A DNA stretch of 64,000 nucleotides from Amphiscolops sp. MND2022 (taxonomy: Eukaryota), in contig OZ076409.1 of the NCBI GenBank assembly GCA_964187785.1, forward strand, positions 2,046,001-2,110,000. The letters run 5' to 3'. The position numbers and the translations under genes were made by a program. Numbering within the stretch: the first letter of the stretch is position 1; each line of letters starts with the position of its first letter. Positions 44,858-58,977 of this stretch are shown piece by piece. The notes below the pieces were generated by a model. That model made no database searches. It was not told where the DNA came from and saw only the letters and a list, made by a program, of their open reading frames with translations.

Positions 44858-47800
44858 ATGGTCTCCTTTCACCTTACCTTCGCTTGTCTTTTGTTGGTCT
44901 TTGCTGCTTCGACAATGGCAGGGTTTTCGGGAAGTAAGTCATGATTTTCCATTAAGAACTTTCGCAATTTCTCCCATAATTTTCACACAATTGCACCTTC
45001 AGTAATCTCAAAGTTTTTAGTTGGCTCTTTTCTGTTTCATGTCCCAACAACCGAATTTTTCTCTGAAAATTTCATGAAAAATGACTGGAATACAAACCAT
45101 AAACCTTCAATTTCGATTCATTTCCCGTGTGACAATTTGAATTTGAGATATAAAGTTTGTTTACAGTATTTTTCCTTGAAACGATACTTATTTTTGATTA
45201 GAAAACTAACAGCTTCCTGTTTTAAGTCACAAAACAACAGCATACGATCAAAATTATTTGTGAAAAATGTTTTGTTCGAGCAAAAAACTTCCAATAGACG
45301 TTAACTTCCTATTATGAAAGAAGGTTTTACTTTTAATTAGGCTAGGCTTAAGTTTTTAAGGAAAGTTATTTTCGAAAATTTCGGTTGTGAGGGGGAAAAG
45401 AAAAGAGCCGTCTCGGGAGCAAAAGTGAATCAAATTTTGATAAAATAACAGCTGTAATTTTTGATTTGAAATCAAACCATCTTGTATTCCGAGGAAATTC
45501 GGATTTTTGTTCAATTTGATTATGCAATATCTCGTTTCCAGTTAGGAACAAAATTTGCTCGACCATTTTTTAGCCGTTTCTCCATATTCGATTAATCGTT
45601 TTCTGAAAATTTTTTCTTCAAAAATGAACAGCCGTTGTATATTCCGTCAAAACACTATTTTTACGACGTTCGAAATTGAAAACTGAAGATTTCGTGTTTT
45701 GTGATAATTTGCCGGGTAGATTCTTAAGGAGGTCGTTTTCCGAAGAAGTTGTCATGTCAACAGTTAAGCAGCTGCATCAAAGGTACAAAGGTTGTCGTTT
45801 GCAGTTTGTATTACGAACAGTGATTCTCAAGATATTGCAATCAAGATAATTTTCAGAAAAACAGGAGATAATTTTCAGAAAAAGCCAAAAGTCGAAATTT
45901 GGCTAAGTGTTATAACTATTGTGATTTTGTTTGGTACTGAAAGAACAAGCTGGAAACGGCCAAGATTGGTGCTATATTTAAGGTAGGTTCAGTATATAAA
46001 TTTTCGAAAAAAAATGGAAAATGAGATTTTTTGAAAGGTGTCTCACAAAAAATGTAAATGGGGGACCCTTTGTGAATTTTTAACATCCATTCTGTTGTAA
46101 AATTGCAGAAAAAATGAAGGAGGGACACTTTGGTGTAATCAAAAGTTTTTCGAAGTTAAGAACAACGAGATCCCTAGTATGTTTTTGAGGTTCTGGACGT
46201 CGGTTTTGTTTTGGACGAGGTTCTGACGTTTCCAGTATGTTTTGGACATGCATACTTCAAGTTGAACAAATTAACAAAAACAAGACGGGAACGTCTAAAG
46301 TCGGTGCTATGTCTAAGGCTCAAAAAAGCGCAATTTTTCAAATTTGTTAAAGGGGGACCCTTTCGACTTTTTGAAAATCCAGTCTGTTGCAAAATATCAA
46401 AAAAGTTGAGAGGGGACCCTTTGGAGACATTTAAAAAATATAAAAATTTTTTTGGGAAAAATTTCGAAAAAAAAACGAAAAATGAGATTTTTGAAACAGT
46501 CTCATAGTGCCGAAAAACTAGAAAGGGGGACCCTTTGAGCTTTTTGAAACTTCATTTTGCTGCAAAATACCAAAAAACTTGAAGGGGGACCCTTTGGCGA
46601 CAATAAAATTCGAAAAGTCGCACAGTGCCGAAAAAAAATTGAAAGAGTCGCACAGTGCCGGAACAAAATTGGTCGAAAAGTTTCTGCCTAAAGCAAGGAC
46701 TCGAACCCGTGACCGCTGGATTCACCGTAAACCGAGTACTGACGAGTACATGTGAGCGAGAGTGAAGTCTGTACAAAGTGGTACATACGCGATGAGGTCT
46801 GTGGTCTGACGAAAAAAGAAGAAAAAAAATTAGCCACTGTAAGAGTCGGGCACTTTTCCCTAGAAAAGCGCCGACTAAAAACGGACCTAAAGCGTATGAA
46901 AAAAGGAGAAAAAACTGCCGACTGTAAAGCTGTTCTCTTCAAAAGCGCCGACTAAAAATAGCTCAGTAATTGTGAATGAAATTCGCCAAAGTTTTGCTTC
47001 TAAGAGAAAACATGCTAAATGACCAGTATTATTAGGTCTTTCCTCAACTGGAAGTGTCAAAAATTCTTCTATTGAAATGTCAATTTCTGAAACTGTAGAA
47101 AAAAAATTAGTTGTTGTTCTTGCTAATGTTTACCCTCCTTTGGAAAATGTTTCGACACTGCAAGACTCTCGGCTTCACTCCTGAAGTCAAGAAAAGAATC
47201 AATAACTTGAACGCTCATAAATAAACTGTAATAGATGGAAGTCCGGCAGATGTCATCAAGAATTGTTGTGATAGTTTTGCTCCTCTTCTAAAAAGTTGAT
47301 CAGTCTATCTTTCTCTCAAGGAACATTCCCAAGCTGCTTAAAAACAGCTAGAGTTATACCTATTAGCAAAGGAAATGATAAGTCTGATATGAACAATCAC
47401 CGACCAAACTCCTTACTATCTCTAATATCCAAGTTTTTTGAGAGAATAATGTACTCGCGAATCATAAGCTTTCTGGAGAAGTTTCACATGCTAAATGATT
47501 CTCAACTTGGGTTTCGATCTTAAAGATCATGCGTTGATGCATTTGCACACAATATGGAGAAAATAAGAGAAGACCACTACAAAACTTTTTATACCAGTAT
47601 CTTTCTTGACTTGAAAAAAGCTTTCGACACAGTGGATCATACACGATTACTTCAAAACATCAACAATATAATTACCAGAGGAAACGTTTTTTACTGGCTC
47701 CAATCTTACCTGCAAGGTAGAACTCAAGTAGTATCTATAAATAATTGTTCCTCTCAAGTGCGTGACATCAATTACGGAGTACCCCAATGATCAATTCTAG

Positions 47801-49802
47801 GTCCTCTGTTGTTCATAATGTATATCAATGATATAATATCTGTCTGTGATAAAATCCAGCCTGCATTGTTCGCAGACGATACAAACCTAATTTCTATGGA
47901 AAAAGCTGCTATCACCGACCGAATCCTCTAATAAACTGAATAGAATTGACATCTGGCTAAAGATTAATATAATCTCTTAATCTCGATAAGACGCATTGTA
48001 TGCCCTGAAAGAAGAAAAATAGATGTGATGATTTCACTATGGGATCTGAAACGATCAAAGTAATTAGCACAGTCAAAGTCAAGTATTTCGGAGTGTGGAT
48101 TGATGGGAATCTAAAATTTTGCGAACATGTGGACTATCTTTTGAAAAAGTTGGATAAACCGCTCGGAGTAGTTGCTAGGTTAAGACATTTTGTGTTAAAG
48201 AATGTGTTATTAAATTGTTACAACTTTTATGTGAAACCGGTCTTACAGTATGGATTGCATATCTATGGAGGAAATTCCTTTTTTAACTTGGAGAAATTGA
48301 GTGTCTACCAACGTAATATGATCCGATTGATCTTGTTCAAGAAACGAAATGCTAACATAAAAACTGACATGATTAAACATTATGTACTCTCGTTGACACA
48401 ATTGTATTTCTACGACTTGATCAAATTCGCATTACGAAGCGTGAAAAAAGAACTCTCTTCTGAGTTTTCAAACAATTTGTATACACGTGCCAATTCAAGT
48501 GCAACTGGAATGCAGTCCGCATTTAAATATTTGATCCCCAAAAAAACAACTTGGAATCTTGAGAATGGGGTTTTTCATTAGAAATCTTTTAAAGTCGTAT
48601 CAGGTTTAAAGATAAGGTAGATGCAAAAACCTCTGTTTTTACCAATTGCCCAATTACTTAAAAACTTCAAGCTTTCAGAAATTTTAAAACACAAATAGGT
48701 AATATTTATACAAAAAAATACACTAGGGGCCAGTGAAAGTTCCCTTATGGAGCATTTTCATGAGCATCAGGATTTTTATTAAGCTTTTCACGCTCATGAA
48801 AGTTGTGTCTGGTTATGACTGGGACAATTTTTCTTTGATAGCCCGTGGAACTAAACTTTTAAACTTCTTGATAGACCAGAAACTTGTTCCTGATAACTTA
48901 TGGGACCTCAGTCAGTCAATTGTGAAATCCACAAATTCAAAGATTTTTTGAAACTAACCCCCGATGAAAACCTACGTACGATTTTGCAGTGAAATACCTC
49001 GAAATAGCTTAATCTTTATTGCAGGAAGTGCTTCTTTATAATACACCCTAACTCATGTTTGAACCCCTGAGTGTTGATATGATTCTGAGGCCTTATCGTT
49101 AAATATGAATAACTTGTTTAATTTCCAATCGATGTCAACCAAGGAGTATGAAGTACTCCATTTGCTTCTGCCACCTGATGCAAAAATCCGCGTTGGTGTT
49201 CTTGGGGGTCTATATCTTTGCTCCCGGTGAGCATCGTAGACTCCTGGGCCATCTAACCAGGAACTCAAAATCGTCTATCTAGCTTTTTTTAAAACGTAAA
49301 TTTTCTCCATAAATTCCATTTAATTTCTTTTTTTAGTGAAACTGACATACTAAAAATAACAGATACAAAAACTCCAATACTTAAAATACGGGATCCAACA
49401 CCAGCTACTCTCTGGTTACTATTGATTCAATCTATATTAATTGGTGAAACGTTAAATAATAATAATAAATAATAATACTCTCACTCGTACTTTGTTTTAG
49501 CATGGAGCGACGCTGCTATTTGCATACTACCTCCGGACATTGGTCTCTGCAAAGCAACCATCTTCAGATATTACCACAACCCAGCGGTAGGAAGGTGTCA
49601 GAGGTTCGTGTTTGGTGGGTGCTATGGAAATCCCAATAATTTCCGGACCAAAACGCAATGCATGGATTTCTGCGATGTAAACTATGTAACTACAACGACC
49701 CAACTTATTTTTTATGATTACGATTACATGATTCCACTGTTGCCGATGCAATCTCCTGATAAGGAAGAGGAAAGTTACAGTTTGGATTTTGATGAGAATT
49801 AA
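44858..49802 (+). CDS. Secreted single-domain Kunitz/BPTI protease inhibitor, 2 exons (44858-44933 and 49501-49802), 125 aa
   Basis: Exon 1 MVSFHLTFACLLLVFAASTMAGFSG is signal-peptide-like and ends at a GTAAGT donor in phase 1. Exon 2 follows ttttAG in phase 1: CILPPDIGLCKATIFRYYHNPAVGRCQRFVFGGCYGNPNNFRTKTQCMDFC. Confidence 0.85.
45985..46958 (+). mobile_element. Non-autonomous Helentron-associated (DINE-1/HINE-like) repeat, composite
   Basis: caagacgggaacgtctaaagtcgg at 46281, repeated ggggaccctt motifs, and the end aaagcgccgactaaaaa, which is inverted relative to agtcgg(c/t)gc. Confidence 0.55.
47150..48600 (+). mobile_element. Decayed CR1/L2-type LINE ORF2 (RT) fragment in the Kunitz intron
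   Basis: FP.CLKTARVIP, HRPNSLL, FLDLKKAFDTVDH, GVPQ*SILGPLLF, FADDT and KYFGVWID motifs, with stops. Confidence 0.9.
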
Positions 49803-50738
49803 ATTAATAATATTATATATTGATAAATATAATGATGAATGTAATATATAAAAACGCGAACAAATAACTCAAAAAAGCAACAGTACTACATTCTGATATT
49901 GCATACAATTATGCCCAACCATGCTATTCGTGTGCAACCAACTATGATTGTATATTTTATATTATTCTTTATAATTATGTGATTTTTTATATTATTTTTA
50001 TAATTATCTATTTCGAACTACAGTTTGAAACAAAACAGCCAAATTGTTGTTTTAAGAATTCAACCAAAACCGCAATCAGCCAATAGGTGGTGGAAATTGG
50101 TGGAATTTTCTATAGCTTGGTTGCCCAATATACATACGAGGTCATTAAGTGTGAAGAAATAAAATTGTTGTGACTATTTAGTAGCTGCGAAAATGTTTGA
50201 TTGTTAACAATTCCTTACTAGCGAACTTTTCATCATCTATTCCCTGAACGAATGCGACGGAAAGTTTGTTCACGTCATTTTGTAGCTTAGGCACCTCGAG
50301 GCTTGGCCCACGTAAATCTACAAAACTTTGCAGAGAATTTGTCTTTAATATCCTTGATGTTGCTCTGAAAACCCGCCAGTTTGCAGAGAAATCCTAATAG
50401 GAACCTGAAAAGTTAGTGACGCTGTATGGAATTTTTGAGCTTCAAAACTTCACTAAGCAGCTCTCAAAAACGTCAAGAATTTGTCTTACAACCTACAAAA
50501 ACGTGTAAGAATTTCGAGCACTTTCAAGTAGGGTCCAAAAAATGATGTTGGGACAGATGCACAGGGATTCTCGAACGAAAGTAACAACGCCATAGACAGT
50601 AGTCACTCATCATCGAGACCGGTAGGACAATTAGGAGTTACCACATCAACGTAATTTGTACTCGAATTGGTGGTAGGTAATTCAGAGCTAAACTAAGGAG
50701 CAATATAGCACTGTAGATACGGCAAAACATCAATTTTA

Positions 50739-51342
50739 CTTGTTGAAAGTCGGGAACGGCCCAAGCTTCAAGTAATATCCAAAAAGACACTTTTGTGAAA
50801 ATTTTATCAAATTTCCTGTGTCTCTGTAAATTGATGTAAATTTTTTGATGAAGGTCTCCGGTAAGTCGCATAGTGCCGAAAACCCTAAAGAGTCCTCTCT
50901 GCTCGCAAAACGTTTTGTTTCTTGTAAAAGTCGAGGGGGGCGTCGATGAAAACAAATTAGAAAAAATCCCATGGAAAAAACGCTGGTTCCAAAAACAAAA
51001 TTCGGACATCATTATGAAAAGTCTTACAGGGCCAAAAACTTTGGGCTTTTTGAAAATCCAGTTTGTCTCAAAATATCATAAGAAGTGAAGGGGGACCCCT
51101 TCATAGCATTGAAAAAAAAATAAGGACAAGCTTAAAGAAAATTTGGTCATGCTCGAGACTCGAAACCACGTCCTTCTGTTTCGTAGACTTTCAAACATCC
51201 TGACTAACCTCTGTGCTAACTGGCAGTAGCGGTTACAAGTTACTACGCAACAGCTAATAAAACAAAATCTGTCAGTACATTGGTCTTAAAATGATGAAGT
51301 CACTACATAGTCTGCTCTTCCTACGAAAGCGCCGACAAAAAA
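50739..51342 (+). mobile_element. HINE-like repeat copy
   Basis: aagtcgggaacggcccaa start, gtcgcatagtgccgaa and ggggaccc internal motifs, aaagcgccgacaaaaa end. Confidence 0.5.
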
Positions 51343-51669
51343 TTGGGAATGTCGCAACTATCCTAAGGTACCTGCAGGTCTGAAGGAAAACAACAGAAGG
51401 TATTGTTCTCGTGTCAACTCTTGTACCAATAGAAATAGCTGAAAAATTTTATCACTACAATCTAATCACAACAGTTTGGAATGGATTGATATGGACACTC
51501 TTTAGTATACTTTTTAGTACTTTTTAGTAAACAAAAAGTAACTATTGAAACTGCAGTTTTCTGTAGAGCGCTGCAATGTAAAGTCGAAATTCCTCCGAAA
51601 TATGATTGGGCCACTAAGTTAACTAGACAATTCGCTTTTGCAATAGTTATACATTGTTCATTCAATCCG

Positions 51670-51905
51670 TTTTTAGTCGGCGCTTTTATTAATAAAAGAG
51701 CCCGACTACTACAGTCACTCGTTTTTTTCTATTTAAGACAGACTCGAAGCCACGAACGTTAAAATTAACGTTCAACTACTAAATACAGTACTAAACTACT
51801 GGACCGGCAAAGACAAACGGGGAGCGCATTTAGGATAGTGCAAAGGGTCCCCCCTTTCAGTTACTCCATTTTTATGGGCGCCGACTTTAGACGTTCCCGT
51901 CTTGT
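51670..51905 (-). mobile_element. Short HINE-like repeat copy
   Basis: tttttagtcggcgcttt...gcgccgactttagacgttcccgtcttgt is the reverse complement of the ends seen at 46281 and 46958. Confidence 0.6.
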
Positions 51906-52784
51906 AACGAATTGTTCATTTCTTCATTTGATCTGACTCTCTCGGTGTCATAGTTTCTAAAAGCCACGAAAAAAACCTTGGACGCCAAACTAGTTTCCGA
52001 TATTATCGAATTTTGGGTCGATTGTAAAATTAATCATGATTTCGAATTCACTCCATCATGGCCGTTATTTATTTTTCGAGCTTACAAATGGAAAAATTTA
52101 CGCAGCAAAATCTCAAAATGAAATCATGACTCCACGGAACCCAAAATCATAGGAAAAAACAAACGAAGGCCATATACAAGGGCATTTGAAAAATTATCAG
52201 TAAACAACATGACTTTTTGAAACAGAAAACTTCAGGATACGTTTCCAAAAGTAATGCAGGTGACTACTTCCAATTTTTTATACGAACGCTACCAACAGAT
52301 CGAAGCTCAGTTGCTCTTAAATATCCGGCAAAAAGTTCCTAATATTTTGACAATTTGAGGCTCGAGGTGCTCCGAATTTCTAGAACTCTAACGCTTTTCT
52401 CTACCACGCGTGATAGAGTTGTGTAAGCGATACAAGTGATCAGAATGTGGGCCTCTCTATCCGGTATGAGAATGGTTGTTGGCTTGTAGGAGAAATCACC
52501 AAAACCCTACAAGAAAATGAAAATGACTACCAAGATAACTCAATTGACTATATTAGTCCTTCTGAAATTGGAGGTGCTGATGTTTATTTTGTTGATGTAA
52601 TTTAAAGTTGTTTCCAATTGAATTTCAAATTGAGCCTCTTTGGTGTTTAAAATGTTCTTAAATTTTTGACTTTCTGAGGCTGGGGTTCTTATAAAATTGT
52701 TTTTATTTAACAAATGTGTGCAGGGTGAAAAAAAAACAAGCTTTTCAGAAGTAAGGTTTCTTGTATGTGAAATCACTGGAATCT

Positions 52785-53683
52785 AACATCCGGACGTGAA
52801 GAAGTCTATTTGCATCCATTTTTACTCTATTTTTTGTTTCAACGTGTTGTTACTAGTTTCTATTATCCTTGTTCTCTAATGAAGTGCGTCTCATTGTCGA
52901 GCGCGATTTTGGTTGATTTACTAGGTGAACAAACAAACGGAACGTGCCGCTTATAAACATTCGAAGAATCGCTTTTAAATACTCCTTTTATATCAAGTAG
53001 AAAGAATGAAGCCGAATTTTTACGAACAGCATTCATTCAAGCAAGAAAACTGATAAAATATAACGGGTTTCGACTCAAGAAAGGAATTTTCATAACAAAT
53101 TGACACAATTTCCGACAGGCAAAATTTGCCAGACATTTTCTCCAGGTAATTCGACACTCTACGATATCCCTAAGAAACGTCATTTTCTCATATGTGGCTA
53201 CTTTTCATTTGGATAGACATGCATACAATGCATAGATAGACATGCATAGATATGCATACAAAAAACGCACGATTTTATCAAAAAAGAGGGACGCTCCATT
53301 CAGAGATACGAGAATTTATGGCGATTCCATACCCGAAACGACCTTCTTTCTAACAAGACGTTGCTAGCTTGCAAACTTCTTATGAAAGCATACAAGTTTT
53401 GGAGAGATGTTTCCGGAGAACAATTTCAACTCGACCTTCTCAGTATGTCGGTGAATATTTAGATTGACTATCTAGATCACCAGATATCAATCCTCTTGTT
53501 ATATTTTTTGGAATTACTTCAAAGAAAAGGTGTACCGCCATCTGCCTCAAACAAAAAGTCAGCTTTGTGATAAAATTGCATTTGAGTTCTGTCAAGTTCC
53601 TTGTTTTTGCTTCACCTAGTACTAGGATGTATGTACTAACTTTCAAGTACTAACTTTGAATGCTGCTGTCAATCATTCGAACT
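52785..53683 (+). pseudogene. Tc1/mariner-superfamily transposase relic, copy 1 of a direct duplication
   Basis: Decayed FQQDGAP-like (~53275) and W..RSPD.NPL..FFW.Y.KEKVY-like (~53465-53535) motifs. Duplicated at 55920-56958. Confidence 0.65.
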
Positions 53684-55919
53684 AGAAGGACCGGGGGGTC
53701 ATTTTTGACCCCTTTGCATTTTGATTTGTTTACTGTAGCTTTTTGAGATGTATTAGAAGAATGATGTTTAGTGACTGTTACATATATTAAGTTCTTAATA
53801 TTAAGTTACTTATTAGGTTACTACAGTTAGGCTTGTTAAGCGAGCGCGTTTGTTTGCTCTGAGGAAATAAATTTCTTCCACGAACTACCAAAAGGGTCAA
53901 AATTGACCCATATGTTAGTTAAAAGTTTTTCATTTAGTTTTATGTTTTATAACAAAGTTTTCCTTCTATAATGTTGAATATAGACCGTTTATTTAATTAT
54001 TTGGTTCATCAACACTCTAATTTCGAGCGTTTTTCAGAAGATTTGATAGTTCTTTTTAAAAAATGGATCGCCCACGACGACAAACTGCTGCATCGGCCCG
54101 TTTTGCATGCTATCAAGATATAGATTTGGATCAATCTGGCGAGACTGACTATTCCGAGGAAGAAGTTGTAGCCACATAACCAATAGAAAGTGATAGCACA
54201 TGTTCTCAAAATTCAGGTAAGCCTGTGCATTTTAGTTTATAGTTGTTTTGTTCCAAGAAACAAAACGAAATATTTTTTGTAGACGACGACAATCAAGAAA
54301 GACAATCCAGATTGACAAACAGCAGTGCTAGTGCAGACAGAGTACCAAGTAAAGACGAAACAAAAGGGTTCTATTGCGGGTGCCAGAGTCTCCAGGTCGC
54401 ATACAACAACAAAACATTATTCGCAAACAGCCGGGCGTCAAACCTTTAGTGGCCGCTAGAGTTAGCACAGTTGGCGACACGTGGTTTGAGTTTTTCGACA
54501 ACGAAATGATTGACAGAGTATTACAAAACACAAACAGCAGCGAAAAATGCTAAAAAGTTATCACTAAACAAGAGTTCATAACATTTGTTGCCTTCATTAT
54601 CTACGTGGACTGCATAGTAAAAACATTCCTCTGACATACTTTTGGAGTGACAAATATGGCTCAAAAACTATTCGAAACTTGATGTCTCGAAATCGATACA
54701 AAGAAATTATGAGTTGCGTGCGTCTGGATACGAAAACAACACGTTGTTCCCGGGTATGTACGGACAAGTTTGTAGCTGCGCGGGAACTCATTACTTCCTT
54801 TGTGAAAATTGGCCAAGAGGAGTATGTGCCTGAGTTTTCACTCACTGTTGACGAAGAGCTAATGCCACTGAAAACGAGATGCCAATTTGTCAATTTCATG
54901 ACCAACCAACCGGATAAAAATGATATCAAAGTGTGGCTTTTGGTTGAAGTTGAATCCAAATCTATCGTGACCTGTATTCCTTACCACGGAAAGCCCGAAA
55001 CCCGCAATCGACCATTATCGGTTGATGTTGTTTTGGATCTAGCTCAAAACTTGGGTCAAGGTTTCAACATAACAGGCAATAATTCTTTCACATCGGTAGT
55101 GTTGGTGGAGGAGTTATTGAAAAGGAAAATTTCTTATCTGGGAACTTTTCGCTCAAATAGAAGAGAGTTGTGTGCTGAAGCAAATAAACTTTTGCAGCTC
55201 CATTCAACAAAGTTTCTTCATTTTTGCTCCATTAACGTGATTCTGGTTACTTAACAATGCAAAAACAACAAGACAGTACAGCTATTGTCTAGCATGCCCC
55301 CGAATTCAACCGTTACAGGGCCGCCAAAAAATAAACCAGAGGTTATTTTGTTTTATAATAAAAACAAAGTTGGCGTAGACGCTATGGATCAGATGATAAG
55401 AGCGTATTGCACGAGGACGGCATCCAGGCGATGGAATTTTGCTGTTTGATGCAACATTTTGGACGAATCTGTTATAAATTTCTTGATAATCTATAGAAAA
55501 ATGGCAGACGAAAATTTCTAGAAGAGGTTTCATTTATGAGTTATTTGTCGAACTGACAACCTTTTACAACCCTGAACCGAACCGGGGTTTGAATTCAGTG
55601 GGGAGTTCCAGCAACGTCAAACACCCAACTGAAACCTTTACCAGTGCCGGGAAAACGATACCAATGTCAAACATCAGAATATCAGAGCAAGACAAGTGTC
55701 AGATGTGCCAAATGTGAGAAGTTCAAATGCTCGAACGATCTGACTATTTGTGTGAAGAATGGCATGGCAACGTGTGATAATTGTTGATATTATATTTTTT
55801 GCAATAGTTGAGTTTTCAATTCGAGTAGCAAAACAAAATAATGCAATTTTTGATAGGGGTCAAAATTGAACCATAAGGTCTTTCTAGTAAGAGAAAAAAT
55901 TGGTCTTTCCAGTAGAATT
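53674..55919 (+). mobile_element. Decayed piggyBac element
   Basis: MSRNRY, LTVDEELMP, N.PDK..IKVW and YNKNKVGVDAMDQ motifs plus a C-terminal Cys-rich remnant. Imperfect TIRs attcgaactagaaggacc / ggtctttccagtagaat and subterminal gggtcaaaattga repeats. Confidence 0.88.
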
Positions 55920-56958
55920 TAACATCCGGACGTGAAGAAGTCTATTTGCATCCAGTTTTACTCTATTTTTTGTTTCAACGTGTTGTTACTAGTTTCTATT
56001 ATCCTTGTTCTCTAATGAAGTGCGTCTCATTGTCGAGCGCGATTTTGGTTGATTTACTAGGTGAACAAAAAAACGGAACGTGCCGCTTATAAACATTCGA
56101 AGAATCGCTTTTAAATACTCCTTTTATATCAAGTAGAAAGAATGAAGCCGAATTTTTACGAACAGCATTCATTCAAGCAAGAAAACTGATAAAATATAAC
56201 GGGTTTCGACTCAAGAAAGGAATTTTCATAACAAATTGACACAATTTCCGACAGGCAAAATTTGCCTGACATTTTCTCCAGGTAATTCGACACTCTACGA
56301 TATCCCTAAGAAACGTCATTTTCTCATATGTGGCTACTTTTCATTTGGATAGACATGCATACAATGCATAGATAGACATGCATAGATATGCATACAAAAA
56401 ACGCACGATTTTATCAAAAATGAGGGACGCTCCATTCAGAGATACGAGAATTTATGGCGATTCCATACCCGAAACGACCTTCTTTCTAACAAGACGTTGC
56501 TAGCTTGCAAACTTCATATGAAAGCATACAAGTTTTGGAGAGATGTTTCCGGAGAACAATTTCAGCTCGACCTTCTCAGTATTTCGGTGAATATTTAGAT
56601 TGACCTTCTAGATCACCAGATATCAATCCTCTTGTTGTATTTTTTGGAATTACTTCAAAGAAAAGGTGTACCGCCATCTGCCTCAAACAAAAAGTCAGCT
56701 TCGTGATAAAATTGCATTTGAGTTCCTGAAGTGACAGTCGAAAGAGCTACAATTAGACGTTTTCAAAAACGCTTAGACTTGTGACCAAAAAGATGGTAAT
56801 TTTCTGTTCTGAATAAGTTCAAAATACCTGCTAATTTGACTTCTGAAAGTCAATTCAATTCTTTGCACGTTCCGTTCTTTTGCTTCAACTAATACTGGGA
56901 TGAATATACTAACTTTGAAGTACTAACTTTGAATGCTGCTGTCAATCATTCGAATTAG
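55920..56958 (+). pseudogene. Tc1/mariner relic, copy 2 (retains ~140 bp missing from copy 1)
   Basis: Near-identical to 52785-53683. The extra 56727-56862 includes an FQKRL.L-like transposase end. Confidence 0.65.
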
Positions 56959-58598
56959 CATTTTTCTTCAGAAGCGAAAAATCTGTCACATGGGAAAAGT
57001 TTGAACCAATGGACTGATCAAGACGTCTAGACTGTTTTGACGGTTCGAACTAGTTGATTAGTTGCAGATGTGATTACGTAATATGATCTTCAATCAAAGC
57101 GATTGACAAAAAAGTGAACAATTTTCAAGGCCTTGTTTACAAATACGATTTTTACAAAGCAAAAATTTGTGCGTTTCGTTTTTTTTTGGTTCACTTAGAA
57201 ATTTTGATAGGCCTCACACGTGCAACAAATTTTACAGCAATAACATTGTTATATGCCATAGCAAATTCTTTTAGTCAGTTTTGGTGTTGGCTGGTTCCTG
57301 TAACATGAAGTAACATGGAACCACATTTGGCTTTTGGTTGCCTCCATCTGAAACAAGTAACACGACTATTAAAAAGGTTCTTCTGGGTCGATCAAATATT
57401 GTCTAGAGTCAGCTTCGAGTTCTGAACAATCACAATCCATAAAATGATCTGTACGAAACTTGAAAAAGTACAAAGCAATTAGAGATTGAAATCCAACAGT
57501 CCTGAGAGGCACTTTAAGCAAATTTCTTTTGATAAAAACCTGATTTACACGCAGGTGAAGGTGGGAAGGACTTTTTGGAGTTTTTGATGACCTTGTGTCT
57601 TCAAAAGATGCTTTACAGATCAAATTTCCACGACGTACTCAGCGTAGTTGAGACCGACGAAGCTCTCTGTATAAATATTGAAGAATGTCTCAATGGCCCT
57701 TCTCCGAATTGATCGCCATTTTTTGCAGTGCCTTCTTCCTTCGTGACGATTCGTGACTCTTTGAATATCAAAACGGATAAATCAGCACAAGTCACCAAAA
57801 ACATGTAAATTGCATCAACTTTTCAAGTATGAATGGGTACATTTGTTGGACCATGTCATCTATCCCCCCCAGGTACACCTTTTGGGAATTCCATCCCCCC
57901 AACACGAAAGCACATTTTGTTCTTGAACAAAAATATTTTACTGGAAAGAGAAAATTTTATGAACGTATATACTTAGAGGATTGTCTCTACAACTGTTTGG
58001 ACACTTCGAGTTAAAAATTATCGTAAATTCACGTTTTGAACTAGCTAAAATCGTATAAAAAGACCCCTTGTTCAGGACAAATTTTGTCCGATATTGAATC
58101 TAATGGGCAACTTTTAACTGGCAGTCAATGTAATGGATAGGATTATGTCGACATCAATAATTTTATTGGACCAAAATTTCAACGCAAACGATGTCGACAT
58201 AACAATATTTGAACCTTGTGTCTTATTCCCAAAACTTGGGGGCAATAGATGATATGGTCCCATTTGTTATTAGTGGTCACAAAATTTATCCGTTTCGGTG
58301 TAAAATGTCTACGTTATGCTCATGCGTAATCTTTGAAAATTAAAGTATTACAGTCCGGTCAGATTGTTATCATTACCTGAAAGATCTTGAAAGATCTTGC
58401 ATATTCTTACATATTCCCGTTTACTCTCGAAAGCCTCAAAAAGATCTTGTTCATTCTTGCTTCACACAAACCTCTTGAATTAATTGATAGGAATCTTGGT
58501 AACAGTCTTATCAATAGTGTCAAAACAATATTCAACTTGTAAAAAGAACACTGTGTTTGTTTACAATCACTTTGTTACTGTTCACAGAACCAGCTGCA

Positions 58599-58977
58599 GG
58601 GGGACTCTTCAATTCGTCGAACATTCATTTCGTCGAACAGGTATTAATTTAGCGAGCATGGTATGACGTAATAGAATGAATTGATTTCGGCCAATCAAAT
58701 TCGAGCATTCAAAATTACGATAACGTAGTCAGCTATGTTCGCATACTCCTAGTCACTAAATGCAGGAGCGAAGCGAAGCGGTGCCACATGACCATGCCTC
58801 AATATTGCTACTTGGCCAAGGGAGCAAAGCGACCGAGCCATACAACAAATACGCTTCTAGTAATCGCCACAAAATATACCCAAATAAAAATATTTGCTGA
58901 TATGGAATTCTTTCGACGCATTGAATAGCTTTTCATTTTTCGACGATTTGAATGTTCGACGAATTGAAGTTGCACCC
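58599..58977. mobile_element. MITE-like element
   Basis: Perfect 21-bp inverted repeat cttcaattcgtcgaacattca (58607-58627 and 58949-58969) with GGG/CCC outer ends and no ORF. Confidence 0.6.

Noticed and set aside
46690..46770. tRNA gene
   Set aside because: Only a B-box/T-arm-like piece inside a repeat; I could not build a full cloverleaf.
57830..58330. Possibly coding-derived stretch
   Set aside because: No recognisable motif and multiple stops, so no call can be supported.
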